32,000 nucleotides of DNA from Microcystis aeruginosa NIES-2549 (GTDB lineage: Bacteria; Cyanobacteriota; Cyanobacteriia; Cyanobacteriales; Microcystaceae): NCBI RefSeq assembly GCF_000981785.2, contig NZ_CP011304.1:660001-692000 (forward strand), given 5' to 3'. How positions within the stretch are numbered: position 1 is the stretch's first letter; every line of letters starts with the position of its first letter. This document shows, piece by piece, positions 25,672-32,000 of the stretch. The notes under the pieces are model-generated. The model had not been told where the DNA came from, ran no database searches, and saw only the letters and a program-made list of their open reading frames with translations. Made by a program: the position numbers and the translations under genes.

Positions 25672-25714
25672 GGGGGTTAGTGTTCTCTCTACGCGGTAGG
25701 CAGGGGAGGCAGTT

Positions 25715-25734
25715 AAACAACAATAAAGTTGTTT
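25715..25734. promoter_or_regulatory. SufR operator-type palindrome AAACAAC-AATAAA-GTTGTTT (CAAC-N6-GTTG)
   Basis: Perfect 7-bp arms in the sufB/sufR divergent region. The CAAC-N6-GTTG core corresponds to the inverted repeat I recall as reported for cyanobacterial SufR binding sites. Confidence 0.6.
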
Positions 25735-25756
25735 AAATTGATTATATAATAGATTA

Positions 25757-25772
25757 ACAACAAAGCTGTTGT
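25757..25772. promoter_or_regulatory. Second SufR operator-type palindrome ACAAC-AAAGCT-GTTGT (CAAC-N6-GTTG)
   Basis: Perfect 5-bp arms. TATAAT at 25745-25750 lies between the two palindromes. Confidence 0.6.
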
Positions 25773-25894
25773 CAAAGTCACGGAAAATTTGAGAGGATGC
25801 TGGTAAACCTCTGTTATTCAGGTTACTCTGGAAGGGTAATTGGCCGCTCCTTGACCCTCAGCAATTGTACGCTAAAGCCTCTGTTTTTGGTATC

Positions 25895-26533
25895 ATGACC
25901 ACGACTCAACCCGCCTCGACGAAAGACGATATTCTGCAATATTTGCTCAAAAACGGTCAATCTACTGCCCAAGACTTGGCTGAGGAGTTAAGTATTAGTC
26001 CGCAAGCGACGCGCCGCCATCTTAAGGATTTGGAGGAGGAAGGACTGATAGAATATTTTGCCGTACAAAATAAGATAGGACGGCCCCAGCACATTTATCG
26101 CCTCAGTCGTCAAGGTCGTGGCCGTTTTCCCCATAATTACGATAATTTCGCCGTTTCTTTCCTCAATACTCTCGTGGAGACGGTGGGAGAGCAACAGGTG
26201 GGGGAAATTCTCAAAAAACAGTGGCAACGCAAAGCGGCAGAATATCAATTGCGCCTCGGCAAGGGGTCTTTAGGGGAAAGAATGAGAAAATTGCTGGAAA
26301 TTCGCCAAGAGGAGGGTTATATGGCAGAATTAGTGGCACTGGAAGCAGAAAATAGTTATGTCCTAGCCGAGCATCATTGCGCTATTGCTGAGGTGGCTGG
26401 TTCCTATCCCAGTATCTGTGGCCATGAATTAGAAATGTTTGCCATGCTGCTTCCCGATTGTACGATCGAACGGACTCACTGGATCAACCAAGGTGAGCAA
26501 CGATGTGGTTATCTAATTAAGTGCAAGGGTTGA
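25895..26533 (+). CDS. sufR: Iron-sulfur cluster biosynthesis transcriptional repressor SufR
   Basis: Winged-helix N-terminus (DDILQYLLKNGQSTAQDLAEELSISPQATRRHLKDLEEEGLI). The C-terminal Cys ligand set is HHCAIAEVAGSYPSICGHE...C. The gene is divergent from sufBCDS. I prefer ATG 25895 over the TTG at 25865. Confidence 0.85.
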   Translation: MTTTQPASTKDDILQYLLKNGQSTAQDLAEELSISPQATRRHLKDLEEEGLIEYFAVQNKIGRPQHIYRLSRQGRGRFPHNYDNFAVSFLNTLVETVGEQQVGEILKKQWQRKAAEYQLRLGKGSLGERMRKLLEIRQEEGYMAELVALEAENSYVLAEHHCAIAEVAGSYPSICGHELEMFAMLLPDCTIERTHWINQGEQRCGYLIKCKG

Positions 26534-26579
26534 AAGGGGGAGATTAGTTATCTCTAGACTAAGAGACTTTTGACCTCAC

Positions 26580-28136
26580 CTAACCCGCACCGCTGCCCAA
26601 TAAAAATAAACTTAACAGGGTGCCACCATTCCAGAGACTATGAACCAACATCGAGGATAATAAATTTTTCGAGCGGGTGTAAACAAAGCCAAGAACACAA
26701 CCTAGGACGGTTAAAGGCAGCACTTCTGACAAATTTTGGTGAGCAAGGGCGAAAATCAAACTACTAAGCGCAATCGCACCCCAGACGGGTAGATAACGAG
26801 TCAAAGAAGCTAGTAAAAAGCCGCGAAAGACAATTTCCTCGAAAAAAGGAGCGGCAAGGGAAGCAGTAAAGGCAAAACAGAGCAAAGCGAAGGTATTCTG
26901 GGATTCTAGGGCTAAAGTCAGCAGCGGGTTACTACCCCCCTGTCCTTGCCAAATTAGTTGATTGAGCAAAGAAACGATAATAACCAGGGGTAAAGCGACA
27001 AAATAGCCAGCTAATCCCCAGAGAAACCAAGGACTAAAGAGGTTAAAACGAAACCAATCGGGAGGTAAAGGGCGAAAAGGCTTAATAGCTAGGTATAAAA
27101 CCGATAAACTGCTCACTGTTAAGGCTAAATAACTAACTACAACGTATATTGCTTTAGCTTCTAGACTGAATTTTTCGGGATTGAGACTCAAGAAACTCGA
27201 TAAAATCCCGAAAATTACCGGTAAAACAATTTGTCCGACGAAAAAGAAACCGATAATTATTCCCCACCAGAGGGTTTCTCCTCCCCACTTAGTTTGCCAA
27301 GCGAGACTATCATCTAAAAAGAGCAGCGCTCGCTGTTGGCGGAGCAGCCACTGCACTAATAAAAAGACCAACAGCACAACACCGATTAAACCGCCGATAA
27401 GAGGCAAGAAAGCCAATAAAATTAGTTTAATTAAGGCATTAGCCACCACTTCACTCTGTTCTTCCTCTAAAGCGAGTAAATCCTCTTGACGATTTTCGAG
27501 ACTATATAATTTTTCCAGAATGGTATAACGAAACCATCCTTTAAAATTGCGCTCGATTCTCGCTTCAGCATCGGCAGCAATTTCGGGGGGTTCACTGTAC
27601 AATCCCTCTAACAGCAGCGCATTTTGTAAAACAGCAGGTTTATAGTTCTCAAATTCTGATTTTTCCTTGATGTCTTGCCAGATTTGCCTTGCCGCATCCA
27701 AGTCACCTTGACTAGCTTGAATGAGACTTAATTTTAGCTCTAAATCCTTGAGGGAGTTGATGTCGCGCTCAAGGGATTTTTTTTGTTCGGGATTAACTGC
27801 TGATTTTTTTAGTTCGGTGATTGTTTTTTTGGCACTTTTCTGGGCTGATAAATACTGTTCCTCGGCGGTGCTGTATGGGTCTTGACCGATCAGGGAAGTT
27901 TGAATTAATTTAAGATTAGCAAATTCTTCGCTATTAGGGTCAGCATCGCTGCTGAGAGTCGTAGCTTGTAGGTTGAGATTGGTTTGATACAGTTGAATAT
28001 TCGATTGGATTTGGGGTTGATTAACGCTAGAAATCAAAGCTGTAACCACTGGAGTTAAAGCAATAATTGTTAAGACAAAAGTGATCGCTTGTTTGAGACT
28101 TTGCCAGGGGAGTTTTTTTGAGAAATTATCGAACAT
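26580..28136 (-). CDS. CPBP-family (CAAX/Abi-type) intramembrane glutamic protease with large N-terminal soluble/coiled region
   Basis: The C-terminal motifs are APFFEEIVFRGFLL, IFALAHQN and HSLWNGG, with multiple hydrophobic helices. Confidence 0.75.
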   Translation of the reverse strand: MFDNFSKKLPWQSLKQAITFVLTIIALTPVVTALISSVNQPQIQSNIQLYQTNLNLQATTLSSDADPNSEEFANLKLIQTSLIGQDPYSTAEEQYLSAQKSAKKTITELKKSAVNPEQKKSLERDINSLKDLELKLSLIQASQGDLDAARQIWQDIKEKSEFENYKPAVLQNALLLEGLYSEPPEIAADAEARIERNFKGWFRYTILEKLYSLENRQEDLLALEEEQSEVVANALIKLILLAFLPLIGGLIGVVLLVFLLVQWLLRQQRALLFLDDSLAWQTKWGGETLWWGIIIGFFFVGQIVLPVIFGILSSFLSLNPEKFSLEAKAIYVVVSYLALTVSSLSVLYLAIKPFRPLPPDWFRFNLFSPWFLWGLAGYFVALPLVIIVSLLNQLIWQGQGGSNPLLTLALESQNTFALLCFAFTASLAAPFFEEIVFRGFLLASLTRYLPVWGAIALSSLIFALAHQNLSEVLPLTVLGCVLGFVYTRSKNLLSSMLVHSLWNGGTLLSLFLLGSGAG

Positions 28137-28149
28137 GAAAATAGTTAAG

Positions 28150-28234
28150 TGGGAGTTAGGGGTGAGTTGATGGGGTGATGGGGGTTGGGTAATAGGTGTC
28201 GGGGAAAATTTTCCCTATCCCTAATCCCTATACC
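28150..28234. repeat. G-run block followed by C-run block (GGG-N-GGGG-N-GGGG-N-GGGGG-N-GGG ... CCCTATCCCTAATCCCTATACCC) in the GT4-CPBP intergenic region
   Basis: Direct reading of 28150-28188 (five G3-5 runs) and 28212-28234 (four CCC runs). Confidence 0.7.
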
Positions 28235-28241
28235 CTAGTTG

Positions 28242-29468
28242 TTAACTAACTACTTGAGAAAAAAGCTTTTCGTATTGATCTAAAGTCTTTTCAAAGGCAT
28301 AATTTTCCTCCGCGTATTGTCGTCCCTTTTCTCCTAGTATAGTTGCTAAATCTGGGTTTTTGTATAGCTTTAAAATAGCTGTAGCTAATGCCTCTGGATC
28401 TTCGGGATTAACCACCAAACCACCACCACTGCGCTCGATCGCCCTAGCGGCGGTTCCATCGGCGGGAACAGAAGCAATAATAGCACGGCCACTAGCTAAT
28501 AATACCTGAATTTTGGACGGCATATTAAAGGAAATAACGTTATGTTTTTGCATCACCATACCCACATCAGCAGCGGCTAACATTTCTGGTAATTTTTCCC
28601 GGGGTTGAAAGGGTAATAAAAGCACATTACTGGCCCCCTGTTGTTGGCGATACTTTTCTAGGCGCTCAAGGGCCTCTTTTTTGCCAACAATTACCACTTT
28701 AATCTCAGGAATATTAACTAATTGAACCGCAGCATCGATCAGGGTTTCTAAGGGTTGGGTTAGGGCAATATTCCCAGAATATAAAACAATAAACTTGCCC
28801 TCAAGATGATTTTCTTGGCGGAAATAATTATGGTTTTTCGGCAGAGGTTTAATAAAGCTGACATCCACCCAATTGGGAATCTCAATAATTTTCTCACTCG
28901 GCACATTTTTAGTTAGGAGATTTTTGGTAAAACCATCGGCAATAACTGAGATTTTGCTGGCAGTTTTGTAGGCAAATTTTTCAAGACTACTAAAAACCTT
29001 AATCATTTTCTGGTTAGTTAATAATCCCACATGAACTGCCGCATCGGGCAGAATATCCTGTAAATTTAGAATAATCGGCACCCCATATAATTTACTCAAT
29101 AAAGCGGCGGGAACGCAAACGGGTAATCCGGGGACAGTTAAGAAAATTAGATCGGGTTTTTCACCTTTAAGAGCCTGAAAGAAACTCAAAAAAACAAAGC
29201 TCAACTCAAATAAAATACGATTTTTTAGACTTCTTTGGGGGCGGATCCAAACGTAGGAACGTTGAATTTTAACACCATTTCGTTCTTCTTCTAGATAGAT
29301 TTTTCCTCGGTATTCGGGATCGATTTCACTATTAGGATACCAAGGAAAAGCCGTCAAAACCCTAACTTGATGACCTCTTTTAACCAATCCCTCCGCCAAT
29401 TCTGTCATTAGGGGAGCAATGCCGATCGGTTCAGGATAATAATTATAAGAATAGAGCAGAATTCGCAT
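28242..29468 (-). CDS. Family 4 glycosyltransferase (WcaI/WbuB-like)
   Basis: 408 aa. The N-terminus is MRILLYSYNYYPEPIGIAPLMTELAEGL. A GT-B C-terminal half with an E-x7-E-like region is present. Confidence 0.8.
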   Translation of the reverse strand: MRILLYSYNYYPEPIGIAPLMTELAEGLVKRGHQVRVLTAFPWYPNSEIDPEYRGKIYLEEERNGVKIQRSYVWIRPQRSLKNRILFELSFVFLSFFQALKGEKPDLIFLTVPGLPVCVPAALLSKLYGVPIILNLQDILPDAAVHVGLLTNQKMIKVFSSLEKFAYKTASKISVIADGFTKNLLTKNVPSEKIIEIPNWVDVSFIKPLPKNHNYFRQENHLEGKFIVLYSGNIALTQPLETLIDAAVQLVNIPEIKVVIVGKKEALERLEKYRQQQGASNVLLLPFQPREKLPEMLAAADVGMVMQKHNVISFNMPSKIQVLLASGRAIIASVPADGTAARAIERSGGGLVVNPEDPEALATAILKLYKNPDLATILGEKGRQYAEENYAFEKTLDQYEKLFSQVVS

Positions 29469-29676
29469 AGGGATGGTAATTTGGTTGGGCGATTCAGTTT
29501 CATGATTTTATCAATAGTTACTGGTTTTTTGACAAATCAGATTCGCCTTTGTCAGGGATTACCCTAGAAAGAGGTGAGCATTCGGTCAGAGAGGCGGAAA
29601 AAAGGGGAAATTGGCTAATAAATTAATCCTCAAAACCCCTAACTATTCCCCCTTCCCCCTGCCTCAATACTGACCC

Positions 29677-30942
29677 TTATTTTTCCCTTACCCGGTGGCC
29701 GATATCACGACGATAATAGATGCCCTCAAAGTGTATCCTGTTCACCGATTGATAGGCAAGTTCGATCGCCTGATTAAAATTAGACCCCATAGCAGTGACA
29801 CCCAAAACGCGGCCGCCATCGGTGAAGATATCGCCGTGTTTTAAAACCGTGCCAGCGTGGAAAACGATCGCTCCCTCGGTTTCAGCGGCCTTAATTCCCG
29901 TGATTAACTGGCCTTTTTCGTAGTGGTCGGGATAACCGGCAGAGGCAGCCACCACACAAACAGCACTACCGGACCGCCATTGTAAAGAGGGGAAATCAGT
30001 TAATTTTTGTTGAGCGCAAGCCAGCAGTAGGGGTGCCAGGGGAGTTTCCAGTAGGGGTAAAACCGCTTGGGTTTCGGGATCGCCAAAACGACAGTTAAAT
30101 TCGAGAACTTTTGGCTCTCCGGCGGGGGAAATCATTAAACCCGCGTAGAGGACTCCCCGATAGTCAATGCCGCGTTTTTGCAGGGTGGCGACGATGGGGG
30201 CGAGGATGTCTCTGTCCACCGCTTCGATCATGGCGGCGGTGGCGATGGGTGCGGGGGCATAAACTCCCATACCGCCGGTATTTTTGCCGGTATCGCCTTC
30301 ACCGATGCGTTTGTGATCTTGGGCGGGTAGCAGGGAACGAAAGCTGATCCCATCGGTGAGGGTGAGGATAGACACTTCTTCCCCTTCTAGGAATTCTTCC
30401 ACCACGACTTTAGTAAAGCCACTGGTAAAAAGATCATCGATCGCTTCTAGGGCCATATCTACGGTTTCGGCGACAATTACCCCTTTTCCTGCGGCTAATC
30501 CGTCGGCTTTCACCACGATGGGCGCTCCTTGCTCTTGGATATAAGTTTTTGCTAATTCTGCATCGGTAAAGGTTTCCGAGGCGGCGGTGATCACTCCGGC
30601 TTCGCTCATTAATTCTTTGGCCCAGGATTTGCTCGATTCAATTAGGGCCCCGGTTTGTGTGGGGCCAAAAACCGTTATTTCTTGGGACAGAAGATAATCG
30701 GTAATGCCGAGGGAGAGGGGATATTCTGGACCGACAACCACCAAATCGACGCTATTTTCCTGGGCAAAGCGACTAATTTCGGCAAAATCCTCCATTGTTA
30801 TCGGGATATTTTCACATTGAGGTAAAATTGCCGTTCCCCCATTACCCGGAATGCAGAACACTTGTTCAACTTCGGGTGATTGCAGCAGTTTCCAAGCCAG
30901 GGCGTGTTCTCGACCACCACTGCCGATAACGATAATTTTCAC
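29677..30942 (-). CDS. purD: Phosphoribosylamine--glycine ligase
   Basis: The N-terminus is MKIIVIGSGGREHALAWKL. ATP-grasp core (VVKADGLAAGKGV, EFNCRFGDPE). Confidence 0.95.
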   Translation of the reverse strand: MKIIVIGSGGREHALAWKLLQSPEVEQVFCIPGNGGTAILPQCENIPITMEDFAEISRFAQENSVDLVVVGPEYPLSLGITDYLLSQEITVFGPTQTGALIESSKSWAKELMSEAGVITAASETFTDAELAKTYIQEQGAPIVVKADGLAAGKGVIVAETVDMALEAIDDLFTSGFTKVVVEEFLEGEEVSILTLTDGISFRSLLPAQDHKRIGEGDTGKNTGGMGVYAPAPIATAAMIEAVDRDILAPIVATLQKRGIDYRGVLYAGLMISPAGEPKVLEFNCRFGDPETQAVLPLLETPLAPLLLACAQQKLTDFPSLQWRSGSAVCVVAASAGYPDHYEKGQLITGIKAAETEGAIVFHAGTVLKHGDIFTDGGRVLGVTAMGSNFNQAIELAYQSVNRIHFEGIYYRRDIGHRVREK

Positions 30943-31162
30943 GGATAAACGCAGCCTAAATGACGATGGTTTAATTATCCCCTAGCTCCGGGGTGTCATT
31001 GGCTAGAAGTTGAGATTACTTAACTTTTTAATCCTCGCTCCCCACCTGTTGAGCAATAACCCTGGCCCTAGTCCTACGGAGGTGATCAGATAAGGGATTT
31101 GCGTAGGAATAATATCCCAGCCAGAAAATCGCTCTGTAGAAGAACCAGACCAGCCAGATGGC

Positions 31163-31362
31163 ACATTATCAAAGCGCAAGTCCCTAACACCTCGAAGGCT
31201 CTCCCCCTACTTAGGGTGATCAGCAAACCTGAGCGATCGGAGGGCGCAAGCATTGCGCCCCTACAGTAACGGATTTTGTCCACAATGTAGGGGCGAACTG
31301 CGTTCGCCCAAAAGGTACATTATCAAAGCGCAAGTCCCTAACTGCTGTAAAGGAGTCAATTG
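31163..31362. repeat. 26-bp direct repeat ACATTATCAAAGCGCAAGTCCCTAAC (x2) bracketing two GC-rich hairpin units
   Basis: Copies at 31163-31188 and 31337-31362. Between them lie GGGCGCAAGCATTGCGCCC (a palindrome) and GGGCGAACTGCGTTCGCCC (a hairpin). Confidence 0.8.
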
Positions 31363-31640
31363 TGATTAGATAGTAGATGCGCCCTTCTTAGGCTGTTCCT
31401 ATTTTGGGTCATTCTACGCCATCGAGTTGGCTCTCTCGGACATTGGCTGAAAAATATTCACAATATTAGATTATGGGCGCAAGCAGTTCGATAAACTCAC
31501 TGACCACGTTGCGTCCTTACATTGCACCCGGTGCGATTGAGAGAGCCAAGAAACATCGATTTTATCTGCTCTAAGTCCCCGTTAAACATCAATCTATCCT
31601 CTAGATTATTCGGAATTTACTCTAAGTATTTTTATTGTCT

Positions 31641-32000
31641 ATGCCCTGTCATTTATCCCTCAATCAACTAGCTCAATTATTATCCTTTCAAGATAAAGCT
31701 GACATAAGTTTTAGTCCCGATATTTTAGTATCTGGCATTAATACTGATAGCCGTAGTATTGAGCCTGGACAAGCATTTTTAGCCTTAAAAGGTGATAATT
31801 TTAATGGTCATGATTTTATCGATATGGCTATCGAAAAAGGAGCGGCGACATTGATTGTCGATCAGCCAGTTTCGGTAAATTCCTCTAGTAATATTCCTGT
31901 ATTCCTAGTCCAGAATACCCTAGAAACCTATCAGCAATTAGGCCATTGGTGGCGGAATCAATTTACTATACCCGTGATTGCTATTACGGGATCGGTGGGG
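31641..32000 (+). CDS. murF: UDP-N-acetylmuramoyl-tripeptide--D-alanyl-D-alanine ligase, 5' part (runs off the window)
   Basis: This ORF is not in the track because it is open-ended. My translation from ATG 31641 is MPCHLSLNQLAQLLSF...GINTDSRSIEPGQAFLALKGDNFNGHDFIDMAIEKGAATLIV...IPVIAITGSVG. These are the MurF N-domain motifs and the start of the P-loop. Confidence 0.85.
   Translation, partial: MPCHLSLNQLAQLLSFQDKADISFSPDILVSGINTDSRSIEPGQAFLALKGDNFNGHDFIDMAIEKGAATLIVDQPVSVNSSSNIPVFLVQNTLETYQQLGHWWRNQFTIPVIAITGSVG

Noticed and set aside
31086-31283. 65-aa ORF in the purD-murF spacer
   Set aside because: It is composed of the 26-bp repeat and GC-rich palindromes, with no start context or motif. 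It is most likely non-coding.
31427-31549. 6S-like or riboswitch-like structured RNA upstream of murF, based on the 11-bp long-range inverted repeat
   Set aside because: Pairing does not extend convincingly inward or outward. I recognised no conserved riboswitch or 6S motif, and the region is crowded with MITE-like repeats. It is kept only as a low-interest finding.
1-32000. tRNA, rRNA, tmRNA or RNase P genes
   Set aside because: Scanning the intergenic regions by eye, I saw no cloverleaf-type sequence with a GTTCGAATC-like T-arm and no rRNA-like conserved block. This was a visual scan only. A covariance-model search would be needed to exclude small RNAs.

Overview
This window is a cyanobacterial chromosome segment. 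The sufR/sufBCDS layout, ferrochelatase with a CAB tail, ycf30-type rbcR, frequent GCGATCGC (HIP1) palindromes and heptanucleotide microsatellites suggest a Microcystis-like genome; that assignment is inference only. Most of the window is housekeeping: rbcR, a YqeG-type HAD phosphatase, a SAM methyltransferase, hemH, prfB (with its programmed +1 frameshift, which the ORF track misses), a DUF3747/SPOR-like exported protein, murD, a GHL10-type hydrolase, rpsU, an extended RluA-family pseudouridine synthase, sufS-sufD-sufC-sufB with divergent sufR, a CPBP protease, a GT4 glycosyltransferase, purD and the 5' end of murF. The main candidate for a new system is the AT-rich left end (56-4318). There, a Cas4-like PD-(D/E)XK/Fe-S nuclease gene is tightly linked (probably translationally coupled) to a long prokaryotic Argonaute that appears catalytically intact (DEDD). 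This operon is transcribed divergently from an XRE-repressor/ImmA-IrrE metallopeptidase pair (ImmR/ImmA, CapH/CapP-like). The two operons share a 157-bp control region with two GTTGAC-type palindromes and back-to-back TTGACT -35 boxes. A second accessory feature is a ~1.7-kb cassette carrying an AlbA_2(Schlafen-like)/HATPase_c_4 gene. It is bracketed by a direct repeat that duplicates the last codons of prfB. Intergenic regions hold several dispersed repeat families: TCAGTTA and CCCCACA heptamers around a conserved core, G-quadruplex-prone tracts, and 49-bp hairpin repeats. One of these creates a false N-terminal extension of SufD in the ORF track. I found no rRNA, tRNA or CRISPR array by eye. 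All domain calls rest on motifs read from the translations, not on database searches.
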